IMG/VR virus record: IMGVR_UViG_3300003937_000141
DNA length: 64,000 nucleotides
Direction: 5' to 3' (one strand)
DNA from: an uncultured virus (IMG/VR IMGVR_UViG_3300003937_000141)
Taxonomy: Duplodnaviria; Heunggongvirae; Uroviricota; Caudoviricetes
The notes below the pieces were generated by a model. The model did no database searches. It was not told the origin of the DNA and was given only the letters and a program-made list of their open reading frames with translations. The position numbers and the translations under genes are program-made. How positions within the stretch are numbered: position 1 is the stretch's first letter; the number at the start of each line of letters is the position of its first letter. Of the stretch, positions 17,433 through 26,327 are shown piece after piece.

Positions 17433-17599
17433 TGTGGGCAGAAAGACAAGGTATGAGTGATACAGAAATATTATTTTGGCATAGAGTTGAAAACCTAGAG
17501 AAGGCAATTGAGAATGCCCAAAGTATAGATTTTAAAGCGGTATGGACAGATAAGTTAAGAGAACTTATGAAGAAACTACCAAAACGATTAATTAACTAG
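17426..17599 (+). CDS. hypothetical protein (57 aa)
   Basis: MLVWAERQGMSDTEILFWHRVENLEKA... Confidence 0.6.
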   Translation: MLVWAERQGMSDTEILFWHRVENLEKAIENAQSIDFKAVWTDKLRELMKKLPKRLIN

Positions 17600-17608
17600 G
17601 AGTATATT

Positions 17609-17791
17609 ATGATTGAACTATTAAAATTTATAGAAGAATTAAAAGAAATTAAAGAACAATTACATAAAGGTAAATTGTTAGCACAAAAGGAAACGTATGA
17701 CGTTTTAAAAAGTGTTCAAAATAAAATAGATAAATATGAAAAACAAGTAAGGGACTTTGAGGACGAAATGGCTAGTTCCATTGTAATGTAG
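17609..17791 (+). CDS. hypothetical protein, paralog of 8612..8809
   Basis: AGGAG RBS; MIELLKFIEEL. Confidence 0.7.
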   Translation: MIELLKFIEELKEIKEQLHKGKLLAQKETYDVLKSVQNKIDKYEKQVRDFEDEMASSIVM

Positions 17792-17793
17792 TT

Positions 17794-17943
17794 ATGCCAG
17801 GTAAATGGGACGGGAAAAGTAGAATACCAACTAAAAAATATAAAGATAATTATAATAGAATCTTTAATGTCAAAAATACACAAAAGAATATTAAAGTTAA
17901 AAAAAATATTAGACAAGAAGGCTTTAAGAGAACCAAGAAGTAG
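17794..17943 (+). CDS. small basic protein
   Basis: MPGKWDGKSRIPTKKYKDNYNRIF... Confidence 0.55.
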   Translation: MPGKWDGKSRIPTKKYKDNYNRIFNVKNTQKNIKVKKNIRQEGFKRTKK

Positions 17944-18002
17944 AAAACAAAAAATAGATAGAATTAATTGGGAAAGGGTAAGAACAATTTTACACAAACG
18001 TT

Positions 18003-18296
18003 ATGAAAGATAAAGTTATAGAAGAATTAAAAAAGGTTTATGATCCAGAAATGCCATCAATTGATGTGTTTAATCTAGGATTGATATATGACATTGACAT
18101 TAAGGATAAAGATGTTACTATTACACATACATTAACATCCATGCTTTGTCCTATGGCAGATCAAATAAGCAAAGACATTAAAGAAGCTGCAGAGCGAGTA
18201 GAAGGTGTCGGTACTGTAAAGGTTATACTTACACATACACCACCATTTACTAGAGAAATGTTAAGTGAAGAAGCAAAATTAATATTAAATTTATGA
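18003..18296 (+). CDS. DUF59/SufT (MIP18/PaaD-like) Fe-S cluster assembly protein
   Basis: LKKVYDPEM, NLGLIYDI, TLTSMLCPMA. Confidence 0.9.
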   Translation: MKDKVIEELKKVYDPEMPSIDVFNLGLIYDIDIKDKDVTITHTLTSMLCPMADQISKDIKEAAERVEGVGTVKVILTHTPPFTREMLSEEAKLILNL

Positions 18297-18619
18297 CACA
18301 TAAAAAAAGTGAAGTGTTGAGAATATTAGAAGGAACTACAATTACTAATTTTTTTGCCAAGGTATCAAATTGTTTTATGAAAACAACAGATAAAGATTTT
18401 TTAGAACACGCCAAAAAAGAACAAGAAGAATTAGAGTCATCTATGAAATCTTCCAGACACCAAGAGTATGTTAGAAAAGAAATGGATAAAATTAGAGCAG
18501 AAGGTAAAATGAAGGAAGAAAGTGTGTCTGATACACACGCTATTATTAAAGAGGCAGAAAAAAGAGTAAAAACACCGTCAGAAAAAATGCAAGAGGAGTT
18601 GGAACCAATAAGTGAATAG
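18293..18619 (+). CDS. hypothetical protein
   Basis: ORF; start uncertain. Confidence 0.6.
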   Translation: MTHKKSEVLRILEGTTITNFFAKVSNCFMKTTDKDFLEHAKKEQEELESSMKSSRHQEYVRKEMDKIRAEGKMKEESVSDTHAIIKEAEKRVKTPSEKMQEELEPISE

Positions 18620-19025
18620 TATAATAAAAGAACGAATAGAACAAAAAGGTGCTGATTTAAAAATGTTAGAAGGACACGACAGATTGCATTACCTCATAGA
18701 CATTGCTAAAGATGTAACACCACTTCCTAATGAAGTTAAAATAGAGGAAAATAGAATACGTGGTTGTGCTAGTAATTTATGGTTAATAGGTGGGTGTAAC
18801 GAAGATAATACAATGATATATAAAATAGACGCTGAAGCCTTTATAACAAAAGGTACAGCTAAACTTGTAACTGATCTTGTACAAGATTGTCCTAAAGATG
18901 AAGTTGCTAGTTTAACAATTGATGATTTTCTACCTTTAGGGATTAGAGAGTTATTAACAATGCAAAGACAGAATGGTCTAGGCAGTTTAATTGAAAGGAT
19001 AGTATCAATAGCGAGTACTAAATAA
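18612..19025 (+). CDS. sufE: SufE-family sulfur acceptor
   Basis: YLIDIAK, ENRIRGCASNLW, ITKG, LGIRELLTMQRQNGL. Confidence 0.9.
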   Translation: MNSIIKERIEQKGADLKMLEGHDRLHYLIDIAKDVTPLPNEVKIEENRIRGCASNLWLIGGCNEDNTMIYKIDAEAFITKGTAKLVTDLVQDCPKDEVASLTIDDFLPLGIRELLTMQRQNGLGSLIERIVSIASTK

Positions 19026-19029
19026 ACAT

Positions 19030-19416
19030 ATGGATAAGATAATTGAATTTATACAAGATAATATAAACTTTTTAAATAACATACAAAGTTATCATTGGCA
19101 GACTAGGTCATATTCTGAACACGAAACTTTAACTGAATACCACGAAAAGTTTAATAGATTAAATGATGAGTTTGTGGAAGCATGGCAAGGCAAAACAGGC
19201 CAACGAGTTAATTTTAGTGCCGAGTTAAGACCAGGCATAATGAACTATGCTGATAACAGACAAGTTTCAGGAGATGTACAAAGACAAGCTTTAAGTATAG
19301 AAGAATTTTCTAAATTAAAAGAGGTGCAAGGCCAAATAGATTTAGAAAGTGTATTAGAAGATATGCTTTTATGTACCAATCAGTTACTATATCATTTAAC
19401 CTTAATCTGTAAATAA
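19030..19416 (+). CDS. ferritin/Dps-like protein
   Basis: YHWQTRSYSEHETL, DEFVEAWQG, C-terminal NQLLYHLTL. Confidence 0.75.
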   Translation: MDKIIEFIQDNINFLNNIQSYHWQTRSYSEHETLTEYHEKFNRLNDEFVEAWQGKTGQRVNFSAELRPGIMNYADNRQVSGDVQRQALSIEEFSKLKEVQGQIDLESVLEDMLLCTNQLLYHLTLICK

Positions 19417-19730
19417 TGCCAACATACACATTTAAAAATAAGAAGACAGGTAAAGTATTTACTGATATGATGAGCATTGCTGATAAGGAAGAATACTTGT
19501 CTAAAAATAAACACATTACACAAGAAATAACAAAGCTTAATATTGTTGCTGGGGTTAGTGGTCAAAGTTATAGAAGCGATTCAGGTTGGAAAGAAACACT
19601 ATCAAAGGTTGCAGAAGCACACCCATTGAGCCCATTAGCAGGAGAAATGGGTACACGGTCAACAAAACAAATCAAAACACAACAAGTTATGAAAAAGCAT
19701 AAGGCTAGGCAAAGTGCAAAAACTAAATAA
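19416..19730 (+). CDS. FmdB-like T4-type regulatory protein (Cys ligands absent)
   Basis: MPTYTFKNKKTG, GWKETLSKVAEAHP. Confidence 0.7.
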   Translation: MPTYTFKNKKTGKVFTDMMSIADKEEYLSKNKHITQEITKLNIVAGVSGQSYRSDSGWKETLSKVAEAHPLSPLAGEMGTRSTKQIKTQQVMKKHKARQSAKTK

Positions 19731-19732
19731 TA

Positions 19733-19815
19733 GAGATATAATACAAAGCGAGCAACTGAAACGCAACGGTCGTATACCAGAGTCTAGTAGGTCAATCCGC
19801 TTATTGTATAATCTC
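19733..19815 (+). ncRNA. candidate structured RNA after late promoter
   Basis: CTAAATA at 19723-19729; stems gagat/atctc, atacaa/ttgtat, agcg/cgct enclose a ~47-nt core. Confidence 0.45.
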
Positions 19816-19836
19816 ATAGGGCAGGAGTTATCCTGC

Positions 19837-20154
19837 TTAAAACACAAGAGAGTCCTGCCCATAGCTATGGTTGGTCTATTATTGTCGGGTTGTGGTAGTT
19901 TACCAGCGTTTGTTGGTACTAGTGCCAGTACATATGAAACGTACAAAACAATAACATTTACAAAAACAGGAGCCGATATTGCTTTAGCCGCAAATGATAT
20001 GCCTACCACCAACGATTATGCCCTATCCAAGATAACAGGCTATGATTGTAAGGTTAGTAGAGTATTAGATGAAGGCTTAGAAGCAGTATGTCAAAGCATA
20101 AAAGTACACGCACCAGACGGCACCACAATTAACAAAAACAAGGAGAAAAAATAA
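19837..20154 (+). CDS. lipoprotein (start codon uncertain)
   Basis: KHKRVLPIAMVGLLLSGC signal/lipobox; AGGAG at 19823 points to TTA at 19837; next ATG lies mid-signal. Confidence 0.6.
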   Translation, partial: LKHKRVLPIAMVGLLLSGCGSLPAFVGTSASTYETYKTITFTKTGADIALAANDMPTTNDYALSKITGYDCKVSRVLDEGLEAVCQSIKVHAPDGTTINKNKEKK

Positions 20155-20552
20155 TGGCAAAAGATATTCCAGATTTTATGAGGGAATTTGATACGGATGT
20201 AGATTATGGTTTTACTCCTGTATCACAGAAACCAGCTGACGAAACAACACAGCCAGCTATTGACCCGAAAGCAATTGATAGCCAAAGTTTAGAATTAGCA
20301 AAAGTAAAGGGTGATGTTTCTGATATTAAAAGTATGATGAACGAAGTTATGCAGATTGTAGCTGAGAAAGATACTGTTAATAAAGAAATACAGGACGCTG
20401 ATATCGTAGGAAGATTTAAAGAGATTGAAAAGATTGTACTACCATTTTTATACAATCTTTCAAAATCCAGTGAACCATATATACATTGGCCAAATAGAGG
20501 TCCAATTATTAAGGCACAAATGGATAAATTATTAAAACTAACAAGGGGGTAA
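20154..20552 (+). CDS. conserved hypothetical protein
   Basis: AAGGAG RBS; LPFLYNL...YIHWPNR motif. Confidence 0.8.
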   Translation: MAKDIPDFMREFDTDVDYGFTPVSQKPADETTQPAIDPKAIDSQSLELAKVKGDVSDIKSMMNEVMQIVAEKDTVNKEIQDADIVGRFKEIEKIVLPFLYNLSKSSEPYIHWPNRGPIIKAQMDKLLKLTRG

Positions 20553-20555
20553 TAT

Positions 20556-20729
20556 ATGTTAGAGCAAAAGGCACATCATAAAGAACTTAAAAGAGCAGTC
20601 AACGAAATTGAAACAAAAAGATTAAACGACAGGTCTTTTAAATCGTGGTTTGATTTAAGAACCCTAAAGAAGATTAAACTACAAGCAAAGGATAAATTAA
20701 ATGAGATTAAGCAAAAATTTCACGCTTAA
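20556..20729 (+). CDS. DUF465/YdcH-like coiled-coil protein (57 aa)
   Basis: HHKELKRAVNEIE...LRTLKKIKLQAKDKL. Confidence 0.65.
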   Translation: MLEQKAHHKELKRAVNEIETKRLNDRSFKSWFDLRTLKKIKLQAKDKLNEIKQKFHA

Positions 20730-21201
20730 AGAGTTAGTAACCAGTCAAACTGCTGAACGTAAGGGTATTAATAATAACCCTAACGAGGATCAGATTGAAG
20801 GATTACAAAGATTATGTGAAAATATTTTACAACCAGTCCGTGACCAATATGCTACACCTGTCACAGTATCAAGTGGATTTAGAAGTCCCGATTTATGTGT
20901 GGCAATAGGATCATCTATAAACTCACAACACGCAAAAGGCCAAGCCGCTGATTTTGAAATCTTTGGAGTGTCTAATCAGGAATTAGCACATTACATAGAT
21001 AAAAATTTAGACTATGATCAGCTTATCTTGGAGTATTGGAAACCAGAAGAACCTAGTAGTGGTTGGATTCATTGCTCTTTTAAAAATAAAGAAGATAATA
21101 GAAAGCAATTTTTAAGAGCATATAGAGATCATAATGGCAAAACGAAGTATGAGGAATACTCATATAGGGTTCACGCAAAACCTAAGCCAGCTAGTGAGTG
21201 A
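20701..21201 (+). CDS. peptidase M15 family (putative endolysin)
   Basis: LSKNFTLKE, SSGFRS, SQHAKGQAADF, GWIHCS. Confidence 0.92.
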   Translation: MRLSKNFTLKELVTSQTAERKGINNNPNEDQIEGLQRLCENILQPVRDQYATPVTVSSGFRSPDLCVAIGSSINSQHAKGQAADFEIFGVSNQELAHYIDKNLDYDQLILEYWKPEEPSSGWIHCSFKNKEDNRKQFLRAYRDHNGKTKYEEYSYRVHAKPKPASE

Positions 21202-21253
21202 ACGGCAGAAGAAATTAATAATTTATACACCGAGAAGGGTGTATAATGACAGC

Positions 21254-21282
21254 TTGACACGCTTGAAATAGTGTGATATAAT
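21254..21282 (+). promoter_or_regulatory. consensus sigma70 promoter (extended -10)
   Basis: TTGACA-N17-TATAAT with TG. Confidence 0.85.
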
Positions 21283-21310
21283 TGTTATATAAAATTAAGG
21301 AAGGTATATT

Positions 21311-22021
21311 ATGGCTTTTAATTATATAAAACTGAATGAAGATGTATTGCCTAAATCTTTAGGTGTGAAAGGTAAGAACCGAGATGGTGTAAGATATTAT
21401 ACTATTGACGGTGTTAATATGCCTTCCGTTACCTCAATATTAGGACAATTACCCGAAAAGAAAAAAATATTAGACGCATGGAGAACAGCTGTTGGTGAGA
21501 AGATGGCTAAATATATTTCTGTGACGGCTACAACAAGGGGTAAAACTACCCACACTCTCATAGAAAACCATTTAAGAAACGAAGATAAAAAATCTAACGG
21601 CATAACTGCTGTGACACCATTAGGTCTTTTTAGAATTATGAGACCTTATCTTGCTAGACTAGATAACATACATTGTTTAGAAGAATACCTATATTCAAAA
21701 GAAATAGGTGTAGCAGGTCAGGTAGATTGTATTGCAGAATATAAAGGTAAGTTATCTGTAGTTGATTTTAAAACTTCTACAAAGAGAAGGGACGCAGATT
21801 ACAATTACGGTAACTTCTTACAGACTTCAGCATATGCTAAAATGTTTGAAGAATTATTTCCCGATAAGAAAATAGAACAAACTGTTATTTTAGCTGCTTG
21901 TGAAGACGGATTTGTACAAGAGTGGATACACGGAGTAGATAAGGTAAAAGAACACCAAGAGTTGTTTTATAAACACGCAAAAGATTTTTTAGATAGTCAT
22001 TCCTTCAATTCTACCTATTGA
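21311..22021 (+). CDS. PD-(D/E)XK exonuclease (Cas4/RecB-like)
   Basis: PSVTSIL, RGKTTH, AGQVDCIA, VDFKTS, QTSAYA. Confidence 0.9.
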   Translation: MAFNYIKLNEDVLPKSLGVKGKNRDGVRYYTIDGVNMPSVTSILGQLPEKKKILDAWRTAVGEKMAKYISVTATTRGKTTHTLIENHLRNEDKKSNGITAVTPLGLFRIMRPYLARLDNIHCLEEYLYSKEIGVAGQVDCIAEYKGKLSVVDFKTSTKRRDADYNYGNFLQTSAYAKMFEELFPDKKIEQTVILAACEDGFVQEWIHGVDKVKEHQELFYKHAKDFLDSHSFNSTY

Positions 22022-22101
22022 TTTAGCACACATCTTTAATAAATAGTTTAATAAAGATTAAACCAAAAGATATTCAAAAATATCAGCAAAGAGGAAACGA
22101 A

Positions 22102-22545
22102 ATGAAGAAATTTCTAGCTTCTATATTAATGTCAGTTTTATTAATATTTGTTGTAATGCAATTTGCGAATGCTGAAGAACCAAAACTACTTGATGAAGAA
22201 CCAAAGATAAAGAGAGAATCACCTGAAGTAACGCCATATGAAGAAGGCAGACTTTATTGGATGCAAATGCCAGTTGTTTGTGGTACTACTAAAACAGTAA
22301 AAGATTATATTGATGAACATAAATTTATATTAGTTTATGTTGGTGTTGGTAAACAAGGTGGTAAAGATACTGGCGAACCAGTTTACTTGATAAGTGAATA
22401 TGTAACGCAAGATATGAAACAATCTTTGTCAGTAACAACAACATTGACATTAACAGAATCGTGTATAATGTTAAGAGGTTTTGATTTACAGTTTAGAAAA
22501 TCACCTTTAACAAAGGGGACTTCAATATTGGAGCTCCAAACTTGA
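22102..22545 (+). CDS. secreted hypothetical protein
   Basis: Signal peptide ending ANA; PVVCG...ESCI Cys pair. Confidence 0.75.
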   Translation: MKKFLASILMSVLLIFVVMQFANAEEPKLLDEEPKIKRESPEVTPYEEGRLYWMQMPVVCGTTKTVKDYIDEHKFILVYVGVGKQGGKDTGEPVYLISEYVTQDMKQSLSVTTTLTLTESCIMLRGFDLQFRKSPLTKGTSILELQT

Positions 22546-22787
22546 AATTTGACGTTGAAGAATAGACAATAACTAGTGAGGACGTGGGTGCGATTCCCAC
22601 CACCTCCACCAATTCAAAACACATTATAGTGTGCTTTAAGGGGGTGAGTAGATTCGACTGCTACTAAAACTATTTGGAGTTAAATCGCTGACAGCGTACT
22701 GTTAAAACTATAAACGACAATCACATAGATTATCGTATGGCTGCTTAGGCAGTCGGGGTTTGCCTGTACCTTGCAACAGAAACAGGC
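22530..22787 (+). ncRNA. ssrA: two-piece (circularly permuted) tmRNA
   Basis: T-arm and 3' end GTGGGTGCGATTCCCACCACCTCCACCA (ends 22611) precede the 5' end GGGGGTGAGTAGATTCGAC (22640); acceptor stem has G3:U; tag ORF 22716-22748 gives (A)DNHIDYRMAA; 5' boundary approximate. Confidence 0.92.
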
Positions 22788-22815
22788 TTGACATTTTACG
22801 CTAATATGATATAAT
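22788..22815 (+). promoter_or_regulatory. sigma70-like promoter
   Basis: TTGACA-N16-TATAAT with TG. Confidence 0.75.
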
Positions 22816-22839
22816 ATATTAATAAGAGGTAAAAATTAT

Positions 22840-23067
22840 ATGAGTACATTTATGAATGATGATGAACAAGACCGAGCAAATGCAGCTACCTATGAAGACG
22901 AGGTGACTTCCAGAAGAACGGTTACTATCCCATTAAGAGAATACGACAAATTAAAAGAAGAACAACATTTTATCAAAGACAAATCATTGATTGCTGTTAT
23001 TGATAAGATTGAAGAATTAGTTAGAGCATTAAGAAAGCACATAGTTAGAACTAATGCTAATGAATAG
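22840..23067 (+). CDS. hypothetical protein
   Basis: GAGG RBS; RTVTIPLREYDKL. Confidence 0.7.
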   Translation: MSTFMNDDEQDRANAATYEDEVTSRRTVTIPLREYDKLKEEQHFIKDKSLIAVIDKIEELVRALRKHIVRTNANE

Positions 23068-23275
23068 TAAAAAGTTTGCTCTGATAATAGAAGGTATTGT
23101 CAAAGAAAAAAAAATGTCCTATATGGATGCTGTAGTCAAATATTGTGGAGATAATGATATTGATACAGCGTCTGTAGGACCTTTAGTCAACAAAGTATTA
23201 AAAGAGAAGATAAAAGAAGAGGCAGAAAACCTAAACTTGGTTGAGAAATCAAGTACAGCAATCTTACCCCTATGA
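23054..23275 (+). CDS. gp33: late transcription coactivator (T4 gp33-like)
   Basis: FALIIEGIVKEKKMSYMDAVVKYC...LKEKIKEEAENLNL; synteny with gp59 and gp32. Confidence 0.88.
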   Translation: MLMNSKKFALIIEGIVKEKKMSYMDAVVKYCGDNDIDTASVGPLVNKVLKEKIKEEAENLNLVEKSSTAILPL

Positions 23276-23874
23276 ATAGTTATGAAGCATATACATTATA
23301 TTTAGCCATTAAACTTCACTTTACTTCTGATTCTTATGATTTCTACAAACACAATGCTAAAGTCAATTCATCATTTAATACATTTTTGAAACGCAATGAT
23401 AGATTCTTTTTTCACAAACTTACAACTAAATACAATAAGGAAGAGATGTTAGATTATTTTGTATGTAATTTCTTTCACAATTCAAAGACTTGGATTGGAG
23501 ATTTAGTTAGAGCAGATGGAGAAACTATTTACAATAAATGGAAAAAGTATAATCAATCATTTACGTACAATTTTAGAGGCGATTGTGTACTTCTTTCTAA
23601 TACTATCAATGATGGTAGTATTCAGTTTGATGATCTGTTTAGTGTTTCTAAAGGTCAGCATCCAAAATTGCTACGACTATTTCTATCACAAAAAATATCA
23701 ATCCAAACGTTAATCATACTAGATAAAGTTTTATCCTTTATTAAAAAATGGGATAAGGAGATTGCTGAGAATATTATCTGGCCTGAAAAATCATTTAAAG
23801 TCAAAAAACTACAACCATTTATAAACTTCAATTTAACAAAGTGTAAATTTATTATGAAAGAGATTTTTGTATGA
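23272..23874 (+). CDS. gp59: helicase loader (T4 gp59-like)
   Basis: YLAIKLHFTSDSYDFYKH, KRNDRFFF, ISIQTLIILD. Confidence 0.92.
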   Translation: MNSYEAYTLYLAIKLHFTSDSYDFYKHNAKVNSSFNTFLKRNDRFFFHKLTTKYNKEEMLDYFVCNFFHNSKTWIGDLVRADGETIYNKWKKYNQSFTYNFRGDCVLLSNTINDGSIQFDDLFSVSKGQHPKLLRLFLSQKISIQTLIILDKVLSFIKKWDKEIAENIIWPEKSFKVKKLQPFINFNLTKCKFIMKEIFV

Positions 23875-24035
23875 GTGAAAAGAAACTTACAGAAAAAGAA
23901 GTTAGAAAAGAATATAAAGACCACAGAAAAGATAAAGCATTTGCACAATGTTGGCCTGATACAAATCGTGCCTTCTATGAATGGTGCTCAGGTTATTTAA
24001 ATTATAAACACATAAAAGAAAAAGATGTCAGATAG
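23871..24035 (+). CDS. hypothetical protein (54 aa)
   Basis: ATGA overlap; MSEKKLTEKEVRKEY...CWPDTNRAFYEWC. Confidence 0.65.
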   Translation: MSEKKLTEKEVRKEYKDHRKDKAFAQCWPDTNRAFYEWCSGYLNYKHIKEKDVR

Positions 24036-24390
24036 ATTCCCTACAGCAGAAGAAAGAGCATTTGGTAAAATCAAAGAGAAGATTGACCCTATTGAAGAAA
24101 AACTAGATGAGAAGATTGCTAAACTAAACAGCAGCCGTGTATATAAAAAGGTTACACCAAAAGGTGACCTGTCTTGGTATGTAAAATGGGTATCAGTTTT
24201 TCTTATACTGTTTGCAACTATGGCCAGAAGTGTAGGTACAATACCACAGTATGATATGTGGTTAGGTTTGTTTGGTACAGCAGGTTGGGCATACGTAGGA
24301 TTCTTATGGCACGATAGAGCATTATTATTTTTGAATGCAATATTGGTATCTTTATTATTATTAGGATTGACGAATTATTATTTTTTATGA
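24025..24390 (+). CDS. small 3-TM membrane protein
   Basis: SWYVKWVS...GWAYVGFLWHDRALLFLN. Confidence 0.8.
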   Translation: MSDRFPTAEERAFGKIKEKIDPIEEKLDEKIAKLNSSRVYKKVTPKGDLSWYVKWVSVFLILFATMARSVGTIPQYDMWLGLFGTAGWAYVGFLWHDRALLFLNAILVSLLLLGLTNYYFL

Positions 24391-25226
24391 TTAGAACATT
24401 TTTAATTGGTAATGGTGAGAGTCGTAAAGACTTTGATTTAAATGTATTGAAACCTTATGGCAAGATATATGGTTGTAATGCCATTTATAGAGACCATCCT
24501 GACCTATGTGACGCATTGATAGCTGTTGACGCTGGTATGATACACGAATTATATCATAATGGTATGTGTGCTGATGTGCCTTGCTATTTTAGAGAATGGA
24601 CCAAAGTACCTATTCATATGTATGATACAATGTTACAAAGTATGCTACAAACACAAAACAAAGAACAGGCTGATTTGGTTGTAGAGAACGAAAGAGGTGA
24701 GAGCGACCACTTTGTTATGAACGCTCATACTATTAAAGGTCCTGTTGTCATACGAAAAGCAAATGATGATAGAGAGAAAAAAAATATAGACAATGCTCAC
24801 ATATATGTGTCTTGGATAAAAGAACCAGACAAGTCACACAATATATCTGAATGTTGTTTTGGCGCTGAAGATTTAGGTTGGTGTGCAGGTACTACAAGTG
24901 GGTATGTTGCTAGTCTAGTTGAAGCACCAGATGAAATGTATCTAATAGGACAAGACCTTATATCAGATACAAAGACAGTTAACAATCTATACAAATCTAC
25001 AAGGTATTATGTATCAGAACATTTTGAGCCCAATCCGTCAGGTATATGGGAAACAGAATGGCTCACACTTATGCAGAACAACCCTAACGTTAAGTTTTAC
25101 AAAGTGAATAAGGCATTTGATGATAAACCTACTAATCAAAAAGTAGAGAGATTCGCAGTACAGGAAGACAAGAATTTAGAGTATATCACCCAAGCACAGC
25201 TGCTTGACAAAATGAGTAAATGGTGA
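24387..25226 (+). CDS. conserved hypothetical protein (DUF115/Maf-like nucleotide-binding motif)
   Basis: LIGNGESR, YGCNAIYRD, YLIGQD. Confidence 0.65.
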   Translation: MIRTFLIGNGESRKDFDLNVLKPYGKIYGCNAIYRDHPDLCDALIAVDAGMIHELYHNGMCADVPCYFREWTKVPIHMYDTMLQSMLQTQNKEQADLVVENERGESDHFVMNAHTIKGPVVIRKANDDREKKNIDNAHIYVSWIKEPDKSHNISECCFGAEDLGWCAGTTSGYVASLVEAPDEMYLIGQDLISDTKTVNNLYKSTRYYVSEHFEPNPSGIWETEWLTLMQNNPNVKFYKVNKAFDDKPTNQKVERFAVQEDKNLEYITQAQLLDKMSKW

Positions 25227-25232
25227 TATTAT
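25204..25232 (+). promoter_or_regulatory. sigma70-like promoter for gp32 (late TATAAATA also near 25297)
   Basis: TTGACA-N17-TATTAT with TG. Confidence 0.75.
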
Positions 25233-25364
25233 ATAATAATAATAGAATTTTATCTTAATTATGAGATAAAAAAAAGGGTTAATAGTATAACAAAAGTATA
25301 AATAATAACATACTTACATTAATACAATTAATACGTACAACAATATATACAAGGAGAAAATACA

Positions 25365-26267
25365 ATGTCAAGTGCATTAGAAGCCCTAAAAAAGTCAAAG
25401 TCCAATTTTGACTCTCTAACAAAACAGTTAGAAAAAACAATAGATCAACCCGATAGAAAAAACAAATACCAAGACGACAGGTTATGGAAACCTGAACTTG
25501 ATAAATCAGGTAATGGTTACGCTGTAATCAGATTTTTACCTGCAATAGAAGGTGAAGATATGCCATGGCAACGAGTCTGGCACCACGCTTTCCAAGGACC
25601 AGGTGGTCAATGGTACATTGAAAACTCATTAACAACTTTAAACAAAAAGGATCCTGTTAGTGAAGAAAATACTAGGTTGTGGAATACAGGCATAGAAGCC
25701 GATAAAGAAATTGCTAGAAAAAGAAAAAGAAAGTTACAATACTATTCTAATATTTTTGTAGTAAGTGATCCTAAACATCCTGAAAATGATGGTAAAATAT
25801 TCTTATACAAATTTGGTAAAAAGATTTTTGATAAGATTACTGAAGCAATGAACCCAGCATTTGAAGATGAAAAGGCCACAAACCCATTTGATTTTTGGGA
25901 AGGTGCAAACTTTAAACTAAAAATCAGAAAAGTTGATGGCTATTGGAATTATGATAAATCCGAATTTGAGCCAATTAGTAAATTGAAAAATACTGATGAT
26001 GAGATTGACAAAGTATGGAAATCTCAACACGCTCTAAAGCCCTTCGTTGATCCTAGTAATTTTAAATCTTATGAGGAACTCAAAGAGAAACTGAATAAGA
26101 CGCTTACTGGACAAAGAAGTACCGAGTCTGTGGAAGATATTGACCTCCCACCTGTCACAAACGACATACCAACGTCTTCTAACAACTCGGTAGAGAAAGT
26201 TGGAACTACGTCCAACGGTAGCGATGACCTATCGTATTTTAGTAAATTAGCTGAGGACGATTCCTAA
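25365..26267 (+). CDS. gp32: single-stranded DNA-binding protein (T4 gp32)
   Basis: DDRLWKPELDKSGNGYAVIRFLP, YKFGKKIFDKI, NYDKSEF, acidic tail. Confidence 0.97.
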   Translation: MSSALEALKKSKSNFDSLTKQLEKTIDQPDRKNKYQDDRLWKPELDKSGNGYAVIRFLPAIEGEDMPWQRVWHHAFQGPGGQWYIENSLTTLNKKDPVSEENTRLWNTGIEADKEIARKRKRKLQYYSNIFVVSDPKHPENDGKIFLYKFGKKIFDKITEAMNPAFEDEKATNPFDFWEGANFKLKIRKVDGYWNYDKSEFEPISKLKNTDDEIDKVWKSQHALKPFVDPSNFKSYEELKEKLNKTLTGQRSTESVEDIDLPPVTNDIPTSSNNSVEKVGTTSNGSDDLSYFSKLAEDDS

Positions 26268-26290
26268 TCTATCTCTCTCACTTTCTCAAT

Positions 26291-26312
26291 TGGGTAGCCT
26301 TCGGGCTACCCA
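26291..26312 (+). terminator. C(UUCG)G hairpin after gp32
   Basis: tgggtagcc-ttcg-ggctaccca; weak U tract. Confidence 0.7.
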
Positions 26313-26327
26313 TAATACTTCTCTAAT

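Noticed and set aside
19714..19836. N-terminal 41 codons of ORF 19714..20154
   Set aside because: Begin upstream of the late promoter and overlap the structured element; the lipoprotein signal starts only near 19837
22578..22611. Apparent tRNA 3' half ending in CCA
   Set aside because: No anticodon or D arm; it is the acceptor end of the permuted tmRNA. No canonical tRNA was recognised in the window
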